NCBI GenBank assembly: GCA_002269645.1
Contig: NIVC01000192.1
Span: forward strand, 9,217 to 73,216
From: Macrostomum lignano
Lineage: Eukaryota
DNA length: 64,000 bases
Direction of reading: 5' to 3'
Shown here: in pieces, positions 24,523 to 36,557 of the stretch
Numbering within the stretch: position 1 is the first letter of the stretch
Layout of the letters: each line of letters starts with the position of its first letter
Notes under the pieces: model-generated
Seen by the model: the letters and a program-made list of their open reading frames with translations, nothing else
What the model was told of the DNA's origin: nothing
The model's database searches: none
Made by a program: the position numbers and the translations under genes

Positions 24523-24700
24523 CAGGGCTCGGCAAACTTTTTTACGTCAAGTGTCAGATAGGGAACCTGTACATGTACCTGTACCTGTACATGTACGTGA
24601 ATTCGGGTCAGAGGACAGAGAAAAGAGAAGAGTGATGGGAGAAAGGAGAAGCGAGGGAATAAAAGGGAAGAGAGGAGAGAGAAGAAAGAAGATATTTTTA
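24523..24700 (-). mobile_element. Truncated MITE end of the CAGGG(C/G)TC family
   Basis: cagggctcggcaaa at 24523 followed by a GA-rich tract (the CT-rich interior in reverse). No second TIR found. Confidence 0.5.
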
Positions 24701-24829
24701 GTTAGTACTAGATAGTATTTTTCTAGCTCCATAAGTGTATAGCAATCAGTACTATTTTGCCTAAATTCGCAATGACTGCTTATTTGAAAGACGAATTTCA
24801 TGCATGCCCAGACCGGCTTACCTGGCAAC

Positions 24830-26803
24830 ATGGCACCTCCCGCTAAGCGCCCCGCTGCTGCTGCCGCTGCTGCAAAAAAGAAGCCGGCAGGTGTTAGCAA
24901 ACGAACGCCAGCCAAGATTCAATTGCCCGAAGGCACCCGCCTTGTCGACTTAAAGAAGCAAATCTGGCGAGTTGGTCGCGTCATCGGCGAGGGCGGCTTC
25001 GGCTTGGTGTACCTCGGCACCGGCGGTGGCGGCGAAGACGGCGCCCAGCCAATTGACTGCGTGATCAAAGCCGAGCCCAAGGGCAACGGGCCGCTGTTCT
25101 GCGAGATGCACTTTTATCAGCGTGCCGCCGACGGCAGCCGGGTTGGCGACTGGGCCGCCGCTAAGCGTCTCGACTATGTCGGCGTGCCGAGATTCTACGG
25201 CTGCGGCACCGCCAGCCATGCCGGTCAGGATCACAGGTTCCTGGCCATCGAACGGCTGGGCGAGGATCTTGAGAAGCAGTTCGACAAGCAGCGGGACAGT
25301 CTGGGCCGCGTGCCCGCTAGGCGCGCTTTTGCCGTGGCCGTTCGCGTGCTGGACGCTCTGGAGTTTGTTCACGACAGCGGCTACGCCCACGCCGATGTCA
25401 AGGCGTCCAATTTGTTAACGTCTGGCGCCGACCGGGTGTACCTGGCCGACTTTGGCCTGGCGTTTCGGTACTCAGCCGATGGTCGCTGGCTGAAGGAGGA
25501 GAAGGTTAGCAGCTCTGTTGCCCATCCGGCCTTACTGAAGTATTTCCCGATTTCTGTGTCGTGTGTGTGCCGGGGCTGAGCAGCTTAATGTGAATCTCTA
25601 GTGTGAATCTCTAGTGTGAATCTCACCTGCAGCCAATATAGAATCTAGTGTGAATCTCACCTGCAGCCAATGTAGAATGTAGTGTGAATATCACCTGTAG
25701 CCAATGTAGAATCTAGTGTGAATCTCACCTGTAGCCAATGTAGACTACAGTGTGAATCTCACCTGTAGCCAATGTAGACTACAGTGTGAATCTCACCTGT
25801 ATCCAAGGTAGAATCTATTGTGAATCTCACCTGTAGCCAATGTAGAATCTTGTGTGAATCTCACCTGTAGCCAATGTAGGATCTAGTGTGAATCTCACCT
25901 TTCTAACTTTTCCCCCCCGGCCGCACCGCCCAGGAGGACCCAAAGCGTCGTCACGACGGCACCTCCGAGTACTGCAGCCGCGACGCCCATCGCGGCCTCG
26001 CGCCGACGCCCCGCGCCGACCTTGAGAATCTTGGCTGGTGCCTGCTGGCTTGGCTGACTGGCGACCTGCCGTGGCAACAATATCGCAACGAAAACGAGCG
26101 GGTGCAGCGCGCGAAAGAGGCTGCCATGGCGGATCTGGCCGGCTTTCTCGGCCGCTGCCAATTTGCTAGAGGCTCCGCCGACGCCGAAGCCGTGGCCGAG
26201 GTGCTTCGCCACGCCGCCGGGCTGGGCTATCACGAGAGGCCGCAGTATGCCCGGCTGCGGGCCCTTCTGCAGCGGCGGGCCGACGCGTCTGCCGACAAAG
26301 TCGACTCTACTACTAGCAATGGCGTTGCCAAGGCGACAGCAAAAACTGCCGCAGCGGCGGCTTCTGCTAGGCCGAAGTCCGTTGCTAAGGCGCCTACTAA
26401 GTCAACAACGCCCGTTGCTAAGGCGTCTCCGAGGTCGAAAACGCCCGTTGCTAAGGCGTCTCCGAGGTCGAAAACGTCCGTTGCTAAGGCGTCTCCAAGG
26501 TCGAAAACGCCCGTTGCTAAGACAACTCCAAAATCAACGCGTGTTGCTAAGGCATCTCCAAGGTCAACAGCGCCTGTTGCTAAGGCCTCTTCATCGAATA
26601 CGAAATCGTCAGCAGTTGCTAGGGCGGCGGCATCGTCAAACAGTTCGTCATCGATAGTCGAAGAATCGGTTGCCATTAGCGACGGGGCCAACGGTGCCGC
26701 CGACGTTGCAACGATGGCTCGCAAGCGAAAGTCCGGCTGCTGTCAGACGTCGCCACATCTGCTGAAAGAGGCGAAGCGGCTGGCCCGAGCTGCCCGCAAG
26801 TGA
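24830..26803 (+). CDS. VRK1: Vaccinia-related kinase (VRK1/NHK-1-like, CK1 group), 514 aa, with basic repeat tail
   Basis: Exons 24830-25504 and 25934-26803 (alternative in-frame ATG at 24800). Motifs IGEGGFG, VIKAEP..NGPLFCEMHFYQRAA, HADVKASNLL, LADFGLAFRY, EDPKRRHDGT.EY.S.DAH, RADLENLG and WLTGDLPW are VRK-diagnostic. Confidence 0.93.
25590..25900. repeat. 34-bp minisatellite in the VRK intron (tagtgtgaatctcacctgtagccaatgtagaatc)
   Basis: About 9 units ending just before the ctaac branch-point-like site and the pyrimidine tract. Confidence 0.9.
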
Positions 26804-27464
26804 CGACCCATCCGATGACGGCAATCTGACGAAAAAATGACATCTCAACTTGATACTTTTCAAAATCAATTTTACTCCAGCTGGCGTTACCGGCAATCTT
26901 TGAAATCCGGTTTTTTTCAATGTAATTCAAACAAAACAAAATTTAAATTCGATTTATTTTAAAAAGCGACGCTCACGAGGATTGCGACTTTATTATTCAT
27001 TATTCTAAAAATGTGTATTTTTTCTGTCGGTTTTTTCAACTCAACTGTATCTGCTTAGTTGTTATTCCTGCAAACGCTTACTTATTACGTAACTCTGTGC
27101 TAGTTACGTAACTCGGAGCATTTTTGCAATCTTTTTGTGTTTTTGCATTTTTTTCGCTAGCTTATTTAGTTAACTGTACCGAATAATCTATAAAATTAGT
27201 GCTTGTATTTGTCTTCACCACAATTAAATTTGTTATTTTTTTATAGTCCATACTTGTCAGTACTTTAGTATAGTAGTGTCTACTCTTTAAATATCGGTGT
27301 GATGCTGTAATATTTATTTCATCATAAACTTATTTTCATATTTTATTCTCGAATTTTTTTAGCTGGGCTTGCTTTCCTGGCGTTTTTCCGGCTTTGAAAT
27401 TTTTTGTTTAATGAACAGCGGCTCCGGTTGAGAAATATGTTTATTTCTTAGAAACTAGCTTTTA

Positions 27465-27576
27465 TACTACTGCTGCTGCTACTACTACTACAACTACTAA
27501 TACAACAACAACTATTACTACTACTAATACTACTACTAATAATACTAATACAACAACAAAAACAACAACAACAACA

Positions 27577-27610
<34 letters not shown>

Positions 27611-27749
27611 ATACTAATACAACAACAAAAACAACAACTACTACTACTACTACTAATACTAATACAACAACAAAAACAACAACTACTACTACTACTACTA
27701 CTACTGCTACTGCTACTACTACAACTACTAATACAACAACAACAACAAC

Positions 27750-27799
<50 letters not shown>

Positions 27800-27918
27800 A
27801 TACAACAACAACTATTACTACTACTAATACTACTACTACTAATACTAATACAACAACAAAAACAACAACAACTACTACTACTACTAATACTAATACAACA
27901 ACAAAAACAACAACAACA

Positions 27919-27953
<35 letters not shown>

Positions 27954-27980
27954 AACTACTAATACAAAAACAACAACAAC

Positions 27981-28062
<82 letters not shown>

Positions 28063-28077
28063 GCTACTACTACTGCA

Positions 28078-28110
<33 letters not shown>

Positions 28111-28111
28111 G

Positions 28112-28146
<35 letters not shown>

Positions 28147-28147
28147 G

Positions 28148-28180
<33 letters not shown>

Positions 28181-28199
28181 TTACTACTACTACTACTAT

Positions 28200-28236
<37 letters not shown>

Positions 28237-28237
28237 G

Positions 28238-28282
<45 letters not shown>

Positions 28283-28283
28283 T

Positions 28284-28329
<46 letters not shown>

Positions 28330-28330
28330 G

Positions 28331-28378
<48 letters not shown>

Positions 28379-28379
28379 T

Positions 28380-28411
<32 letters not shown>

Positions 28412-28412
28412 T

Positions 28413-28462
<50 letters not shown>
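27465..28462. repeat. About 1-kb (ACT)n trinucleotide microsatellite with ACA/AAT variants
   Basis: Directly visible. Gives the spurious poly-Val ORF on the minus strand. Confidence 0.97.
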
Positions 28463-28664
28463 TAAGCCTAGGCCCTAAGGCATACATGTACATGGTATCG
28501 AATTGAATGCATTAGCGCTTTCAATTATCATGAAATCGTTAACGCATACAAGAAAAAATATGCAATGTTTAAGCATTAGCCTGTTTGCATTGGTTTCCGA
28601 AATTGATGCAGTGTTGAAGCAGTGGCGCACAAATAGCTAATAAAATAAGCGCTAGGCAGTCAGC

Positions 28665-29012
28665 ATGGGCCAGACGCTGATCTCGGAGCGGTTGCGTCAC
28701 TCCGTAGAGACAATTCGCTCGGCCGCGGACAACTCGGACAATGAGCAGTCGGACCCGATGGGCGGCGGTCTGCGCTGCTACTCCACCGCGCTGCAGCCTG
28801 GCAGCGACTATTTCGCCAGCTGGTACGCGGCCGCCACTCGCTGCCGGCAGGAGCACCCGTCTGGCGACTTGGCTAAGTGCTCCGACGTGCTGCGCCAGCT
28901 GGATCGACGGCAGGGCGACGCGCTGGCCGAACGGGAGGCCTGGCTGGCTCTGCTGGAGAACTGGCCGGCGGGGTTGGCCGAAGCTGACGTGTCCGCTGTT
29001 CAGCAACGGTGA
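28665..29012 (+). CDS. Hypothetical 115-aa protein (or first coding exon) of unknown function
   Basis: GC-rich island in AT-rich DNA with the same GC3-biased codon use as neighbouring exons and a good start context (cagcATGG). No family recognised. Confidence 0.6.
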   Translation: MGQTLISERLRHSVETIRSAADNSDNEQSDPMGGGLRCYSTALQPGSDYFASWYAAATRCRQEHPSGDLAKCSDVLRQLDRRQGDALAEREAWLALLENWPAGLAEADVSAVQQR

Positions 29013-29136
29013 CCTGGGCTGACCTTGCAATTGCTAAATGCTGCTGTGATGCTTTAAAGGGGATTTGAGCCCAAGTCTGGGATTCTCTTCAACTCAAGTC
29101 TCTAGAATTGAATTCGAAGTAAAGCTCCATCTAGCC

Positions 29137-29372
29137 TGCAGTGCTAAACTGGCGCTAAAATCTATTCTGCAGCGCTAAATTGGCGCTAAAATCTATTCTG
29201 CAGCGCTATATTGGCGCTAAAATCTATTCTGCAGCGCTAAATTGGCGCTAAAATCTATTCTGCAGCGCTAAATTGGCGCTAAAATCTATTCTGCAGCGCT
29301 AAATTGGCGCTAAAATCTATTCTGCAGCGCTAAATTTGCGCTAAAATCGATTCTGCAGCGCTAAACTGGCGC
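29137..29372. repeat. 31-bp minisatellite (ctgcagcgctaaattggcgctaaaatctatt)
   Basis: About 7.5 near-identical units. Confidence 0.92.
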
Positions 29373-31836
29373 TCTTCCGCGGCGAATGACTCTGTTACAA
29401 TGACATTAGCTATAGGTACTGTGGCTCTGGCTCGTGACCCGTCGCCCCAGATAAAAATCTTCGCTATACGCTACTAATTAATTGCAGTCTGTTCGGTTCA
29501 GAGCGTTACTTCGGACTCCATTGTAGCGCTTTTGTTGGCGTCCCATTTGTTATATATTTTAAGCAAATTTGTAAAATTTTCTTTTTAATAATATCTTATG
29601 CGATTACACTAACGCATTGTGTTTCATAGAGAGATCATTATATTGTTGAAAGCTCCCGCATCACTCTTATTTTAGAGAGCATATCTTTTCTTTCATATCA
29701 TGTGCTCCATGACTGGAAAAAAGCTACAGATTTTTTAGATTTTACTGCGAGTCAATTTGTACTTATATAAATAGCTCATTAAGCTTGTGAACCTGGTTGG
29801 CAAATCATTTTTCGTTGCTTAATATACTAATACCTAGAATGCAGTGTGTTGCTATGCTCTGAACACTGGGATTTTGTGTCACAGCGTGTCATTTGGACCC
29901 CAAAGTGTCACTCTGTATTTTTCTAATCTGAATTCCATTCAATTTAAGTATCAATTATTTTATAATATATTGGTATTCTTGGGATTTCAAGACTTCTTTC
30001 AATTATCAAATTTGAGAGTAATCTGTCAACATGGAGTCTGCAAGTATTTTATTTTATTTGTTTCCAGCTGGCATCCTTCGACCCCGCATGCTAAATGGCA
30101 CTGCAATTCTGACGCTAAAAAACCCTGCTCTAAACTCGTTCCTGTCTCGAACCAATACTCTTTATTTTGACTACTAATAGTAGGCATCGTTTGTTCGATA
30201 GGTCATAACTGTTAATTGTATGTTGCGCTCTTGAAAGAACTGCTTCTTAATCTCGCGCAGCTATGCAAGTAGTTTCGCTTGCTAAATTTTACTCATTTGA
30301 GAAATGCTTCCAAACTTCATTCAGTTGTTTTTGACTTTCGGAAATGATAGATGAAATACACAGTTTATTATTATTCAGTACCTTTTTTATCCGTGATCTT
30401 AGCTTACGCCGGGTGTCCAAAAAGTGATATTTTTGCCGATGTATCTTTTATTCGTGCCTGAAATTCAAAAGATTTATTAGAGACATTGGAAAGTGGATAA
30501 AAAATCTCATCTTTATTTTGGCAACAAACGTTTGTTTTTGTTAATTTTAAATCAAAATCTCAGCTCTCATCCCTGCAAACATTCATTTCAAGGACATGCA
30601 CGCAAGTGCTGCTCGGGATCCTCTTTGATATGCAATCTTCACTTCACAGGAAAATTGTCAAGTTAGCTACACAGCTAAAACAGATTGTACTTAAAGGAGA
30701 AATAACAGACAATTTAACTGTCATTGGTTTTGTTCCGAGCATATCTGGATAAAAAAGCGAAATCGGATCAAACAAAATCACAGAATTGTAGAGATCTCCA
30801 AAACATAGCAGACTACTAGTAGTAAGACAAAACTACGAAAAATACAAATTTTAAATGTCACGCGTGATTCATACTTCGTTTTTAGTAGTATCACATCACG
30901 AAAACAGCGAATGACTATTTCATTGTGTGGAACACGGTTCGCAACATTTAATTTTAGAACTCCCAAAAAATATGGTAAATGTTAACCTGAAATTGACCCT
31001 TAAGTTTCACCTTTTCTATTCAAAAATCCCACCTGTCAAATAATAAAATTCGTTTCTTGACATCATCAAAAAGACCGGTTGAGGCCAAGGTCGACTTAAA
31101 ACTGTGTATAAATACTCGTACAAGTAAATAATCCGAGCTGAAATCTCAGACTCGGAGCAGCCTCGAGGACTTGAGACCAACCAAGAACTAAGAGGCTACA
31201 TCTCAGAGAAGTTTATTCCGATCGTTAAGCCTTTGTCGAAGTCTTTGTTATTTGATTATTGAGAGCGGTGCCATTGCCGGCCGTTATTGATCAGTTGATT
31301 TCTATTAAGTTATTGAAATTTATGCCTCCCTATTCCTAAGGGATTGGATAGGATCCACTGGACCGTTTCCGATACTCTTAGACGAATTATTGATTTGAGT
31401 GATTTTAGTACCCTGGATTAACAGATAAGGGCACACGGCTCCGATTCCGTTATTTCTAGAAGAAGACGCCCTTTCTGGAGGACCTCGTTGTTATTAAAGA
31501 GTTGATTCTATTATTAGGGCGCATCCCGGATATCCCTGATTACTGATCACAAGGAATATATAGTAACGTCGATGGATTAAATTGTTACGTTCTCGGCTGA
31601 CTTCAGAATCCAACAAGCTCCGGAGAGAACATGGGCAAAAGATGTCAGCCGTGCATGACCACCTGATGATATGCAAAGAATGCTGTGACAGCCAAATTGA
31701 TAAAAAATTTCCACCATCCATACGTGTTCAAATGAGTGCAGACTAAAAGTGCTTGAGGCCCTGTACGAGTATATAAAATCGCGTAAACCAATCCTAAATA
31801 AGCAACTTGCCAATCATGTGCCAGTGCCCTCCTTAG

Positions 31837-33017
31837 CGGTGTTGGCCTGGCACTTCCGTTACCGAGTAACTTGCAAATGGTAACGCAAGTTACTTTTTTA
31901 TTTTAGTAACGGAGTAACGGGGGCCGGAGCCCAGCGGTAGCGCAGCTGCTCTGGTGTGCCGCGACCCAGGCTCGATTCCAAGTGCAGCCACATTAATTTG
32001 GGGCTGGATTGGAATCTTGGCTTGGCTCGCTTGTGCAATTAACGGCCTTGAGAGCCAACCCCCCAAGGCGCAGTGAAGTGTACAGGCCTAACAATTGATT
32101 AAGTTAGGGCCGCTGTACACTCCTGTGTGAGTGTGTGCCTGCGTAACGTATCCGCGCGCTTGTATGCCTGCTCAGGGGAGTCGGCGGAATGGGCAGTAAT
32201 GCCTCTCGCCGGTTGTGCCAATGACGCTTAAATTGCGCCAGGGTGCACACAACCCCCTGCCTCTGATAAAAATAATAAAAAAACGGTAAGTTACTCAAAT
32301 TTCGAAAGTCCGTTACAGTTACTTTGCAACAATCGCAATAATTAAATTCAAAACTGAAATGCTTAGCTAGTACGCCGCGGTTGTCACATGTTTTTTGCAT
32401 TTTTCATTCCTAAATTCAAAATTAAGTGAACAGTATCATATGGTATTGCGCTTAATTAATGAAGAAATACTTGAAACATGTTTTACTTTGTTAATTTCGG
32501 TAAAATATTTTCGTCTTTCATTTTTGTTACTAAAAATTTTCAAGTTTGATTCAAACAAACAACCAAAGAAAGAAATTCATCTGTAGCCTCCACAAGTCCC
32601 TCCACTGGCACTGCAGTACACTATACCATTTTATACAGTTCTATTTATTTTACTCTATTGAATTATTGATATTCGTTTATTTTATCATTTATAATTTTAA
32701 TTATTGATTGCCATTGCCCATTGGTCCTTCTACTTGCCTCACATCGTGTCGCCAATTCCTGTCTCTGTCTGTTAATCGGTTAATCCCAATGCCCAATGGC
32801 AAATTTCGGTAACAACAATGTGAAAAAATGTGCACTGTGAAAAAAGCAGAAAAATTTGTTAATAACATGGGTAACGGAAGTGAGTAACGGACAGTAACTT
32901 AAAAGTGACCAAGTTTTTGTCTAAAGTTACTAGGCTAACGTAAGTTACTTTTTAAAAATTGGTAACTTAAGTTACAGTAACGCAAGTTACTTTTTTTGAG
33001 TAACTTGCCCAACACTG
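31837..33017. mobile_element. Non-autonomous hAT element (1181 bp)
   Basis: Ends CGGTGTTGG / CCAACACTG and an exact 8-bp TSD CTCCTTAG (31829-31836 and 33018-33025). Many subterminal GTAAC/GTTAC motifs at both ends. Confidence 0.88.
31921..32283 (+). mobile_element. tRNA-derived SINE, family 2, nested in the hAT element
   Basis: A/B-box-like head (GGAGCCCAGCGG...GGCTCGATTCC) and an A-rich tail at 32265-32283. About 250 bp is shared with the inverted copy at 53326-53590. Confidence 0.7.
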
Positions 33018-33241
33018 CTCCTTAGAGTATTCTAGGTGTACACTCGAGCTCATCTCACTCTCTCTCTCTCCATCTCTCTCCCCCCTCATTGCAACTGTGT
33101 GCGTTCCACCGGACTGTGCAATCTTACTGTTGATTTACATACATTTTCTGACTTTTATCGACCCGTTTGTTGTCTAAATTGTTTAATATAAATATAAATA
33201 TAAATATAAATACAAATAAGTCGTTACTAATTTTTAAGAGC

Positions 33242-33273
33242 CTGACGGTGCCTGACGCGAGGCGAAACATGTC
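33242..33273 (+). ncRNA. Degenerate minimal type-I hammerhead ribozyme motif
   Basis: CTGACGG-T-GCCT-gacgcg-AGGC-GAAA-CAT-GTC: a 4-bp stem II, palindromic ACATGT stem III and a GUC cleavage triplet. The A9 position is G and stem I pairs poorly. Confidence 0.5.
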
Positions 33274-34016
33274 GCATAACAAAAAGTTATAGCGCTCACG
33301 TTCTTAATTTTGCTTTTCATCAGACGCGCAACTTTGCCACAAGATCACTAAATTCTGTTCCCAGACTTTCGGTCAGGAAGTGGGAGTTTTTGATTGACTG
33401 ATCACCACTATTAAACTCTTCAGAATTTAAGATTAATCTAAAAGTAAGAAAATCAAATACGTTTACTGTACGCGGAGCTAGGGATGCTATTCAGCATTTT
33501 TCATGTATTAGTACAAGTCTGAATAACAAGTCTACGTGTTAATTTCCGCGGCTTTTTAACCATCTTAATTTAAATGCAGTGTAAGACGTGGGTTGAAGTG
33601 AGCAAAAATAAGCGTGAGGAACTCCTAACTGGCGTGCACCCTGCCTTTATTTCGAGTAACTGTGTGGTTGGCGCAACCCATGGGTATAGCTCGTATGCAT
33701 GATCTATGGTGCCACCACCGCCAGAGTACGCATGCAAGATTTTTTTTATTTTTCGACGATGTAAAATTTCGAGCTTATGAAAACGCCCCCGAACTAGACC
33801 CGGTGTACCTAATGAGGGCCTGCCCGAATCGACCGACGAAATTATCTGGTTGTGTGACCCAGCACGTCATTTTGTTTACTTCTTAGCACCCCCCGTGCTA
33901 ACTACGAGTATAATTATTTTTGTTACATTCCCATAAACTAAACCAGATACAAAGTGCATTGCATCGCTTAACTGTTCAGTTTTTTACTATGCGTCGCCTG
34001 GTCTTTTCTCCCTTTT

Positions 34017-35217
34017 ATGGATAATATCCATTTTAACGCTGGTGACTCAGACAATGATATGTGCAACCATTACTCGTCATTCTCATTGCAGTTTTTATCG
34101 TATGCTACGGCAATTTCAAATATCACCGTAGTAACTGCGATCCTCGATTCAGGCGCTCCGGATTGGAAGGATGCGGCTGCAGAAGACTTTCAGTGTGCCG
34201 GCTTCAATACAGAGCATTCCGAACTCAACCGAACCGTCTTCAGCGTGCAAGTGAGGAAATCTGCCCGTCCCTTCGCGCTCCAAGGACTGGCTGCAGAGTA
34301 CTTTGCGCTACTCAAAGAGGGGGAAGCGCCATGGCACAAAGCAACTGTGCGAGAGTTCCTTGTATCCGACTTGAAAAAAATACGTTCAAACAGCCTTTCG
34401 TTCTTCTCAATACTTGCGAGATTCTTCAGGTAGCGACGTTTTTATTTCAGGAGTTCAACAGGTTGAATAAAATCGTACCAGTCGTCAAGCCTTTCACGAC
34501 TGCCGTCATCATTCCAAGGACGCGACGTGCAGGACTCGATCCAGCACTGCTATGCCCATTTCGATTTGAGAAACTTGCGGGAGCCAATCAATTTAACCTC
34601 AATGATGACGACTGGAATCCAGGCCAAGTGACATCAGCTACCCCCCTCAAATCTGATGCAAGACAGAATCATGATTCAGAGTCTGTCAGAAAAATATGCA
34701 ACTGCGAATCTGATCGCAGAGGTGCAGATGGTTTTGCACAATCAACTGCTGGAAACCCGTCCTCTAAGCAGGCGTCCCCGGGCTACATTGTTCATCGCCA
34801 AACATCACAAAGGTCCTCTGTGTCCTCACCTAAACGATTCAAGCTGGAGGAAACAAGCATACCCGTTCTCAACTGTTTTGCGCATTGGACACATTCTGTC
34901 ACTGGCGGCTATCTGATGATGGAAGACCTCGAGGTTTGTTAACGGACAAGAATTAGGTTCAAATTACAAGTACCTTTTTTCAGCTCAGGTGCATTCGTAG
35001 ACTATAACTCCCGTGATTTTTGCAGATATATTCCGAGTCGGTGCCCGACGAAGCAGGCGAGGCCCTGATAAAAAGTGCCAAGATTCACTGCCTGGATGTC
35101 ACTCGCTTTCTGCCATGGAACTTGGGCAAACCCGGCATCCGGAGGTACTTTCAGAAGCACAAGTGCAACAACTGGTGCAAGGATATGAGGCTGCAAAGAG
35201 TGCTTATCGAAAAGTAA
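34017..35217 (+). CDS. Alpha-kinase (eEF2K/MHCK/TRPM7-fold) family gene, probable pseudokinase, with one frame discontinuity near 34362-34393
   Basis: Motifs in order: VQVRKSARPFA, LQVATFLFQEFNR, FRFEK..NQFNLN, CFAHWTHSVTGGYLMMEDLE, then after intron 34934-35025 KSAKIH and NLGKPGIRRYFQKHKCNNWC (Zn site). The 5' end is uncertain. Confidence 0.75.
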
Positions 35218-36557
35218 ACACTTCTCAACTATTTGTAGTGTTTGTGGTGTTTTTGAAGTTTACCGATTTACGAGTAGTTACTGTCATAATTCATTAGCTT
35301 TAAATTAACTTATAGATCTTTTAACTGGCTAATTTTAAAATAGTTGAACAAGCGAGAACTAATATAATCTAAGCAAAGTACAAACAAGAGTCTGCTTAAA
35401 AAAATAATTAGCATAGTAAAATTAGTTTGAGATTTACTTTCGATTATTGCAGATTTAATATTAGACAAATAGACAGGTTTATGTACAAGTAAGTTGGCAT
35501 GCTACTTATTGTTTGTATCTTTTGAATTAGTTTAGTTTAATTTATTTTGGTATGCACTTTGCTAGTTTGATTTCATGTAGCTATATACGAGCGTAGTAAG
35601 AAATCGATCACATAGATACCTACCGACAAACCATATTTAGTATATGGATTTAAAAAGTAAAAACTTGCGAAATACTACTGTGTTGATTTTATAATAATTT
35701 TTTCTTTTTAGTAATGTAATACTTTATCCGAGGCATGTGTATTATGATTTTATTTAATTTTTCTAAGTACTTTCACTTCGTTTTATTGTCGGCTTGCAAG
35801 TGCCATTTCTTTTTTACAGCATATGAAAGTAACTTTTGCGACAAGCTTATTTTTAAAGAACGTAGTTTTAATTTTTGTAAAATCCCAGGTTGAAGAGCGA
35901 TAGCGGACGGTTCCTACATTAAGCTGCACAATATACTTTTACCAACCAGTTTATTAATTATACTGTGTTATTCTGCCCCTATCACTCTACTTGCAGTAGA
36001 GCTGACAGCAAAATCTTTTTACTCCTGTCGCTTGGCCAATCATTTTTGCACCCTGGGAAGGCAACAGCAGAGGGAGAAAGGAAGGAGTCGGCGAGCTTGG
36101 CTGCGACCTGCGCAGTCTTCCTTCCTGACATAATTATCTTGCTTGAGTTGGCGGTCTGCGTGACGCGGCCTTGCAGTGACATAGGCGGGCGGGAACGTGA
36201 ACTGAACTTTGCTGTGTTTAAGCACGGTGGATGATACGGGAAATTTGTTGTAATTTTTTACCTATTGTAATTATTTTAATCATCATATGTGATGGTTCTT
36301 CTCTGAGATGAATATTCATATGAGTTCTTACTTTAAAAATATATATAAAAACTTGAAGACTGACGATCGGAGGGAACGGACTATCTTCCTATAAAGTCGA
36401 ATTCAAAGAAATATCTCTATGTTTTGAACAGGAGATACAATACAAATACCGTATTGTTGTTATAACACGTGACGCAAAAATGATGCAACAGTATGTTTTA
36501 AGCAAGAAAGCTAAAAGAAACATGTCAATCAAAACTGACAAGTTGACAGTGTTGGGC

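Larger units (their letters stand above)
31200..33280 (+). mobile_element. Penelope-like retroelement 3' relic (GIY-YIG endonuclease plus 3' UTR), interrupted by a hAT element
   Basis: Broken frames read GIYSNVDGLNCYVLG (from 31553), RREHGQKMSAVHDHLMICKEC and TCSNECRLKVLEALYEYIKSRKPILNKQL, matching GIY-YIG, RxxEH, SAxxDH, LxxxE and KPxLNxQ. A hammerhead-like core lies downstream at 33242. The left boundary is approximate. Confidence 0.65.

Noticed and set aside
27462-28493. 343-aa poly-Val ORF
   Set aside because: Reverse translation of (ACT)n.
34430-34450. 21-nt GT-AG micro-intron in the alpha-kinase gene
   Set aside because: The retained peptide (QVATFLFQEFN) fits the alpha-kinase QxxAxxLxxxFN helix better than the spliced form.
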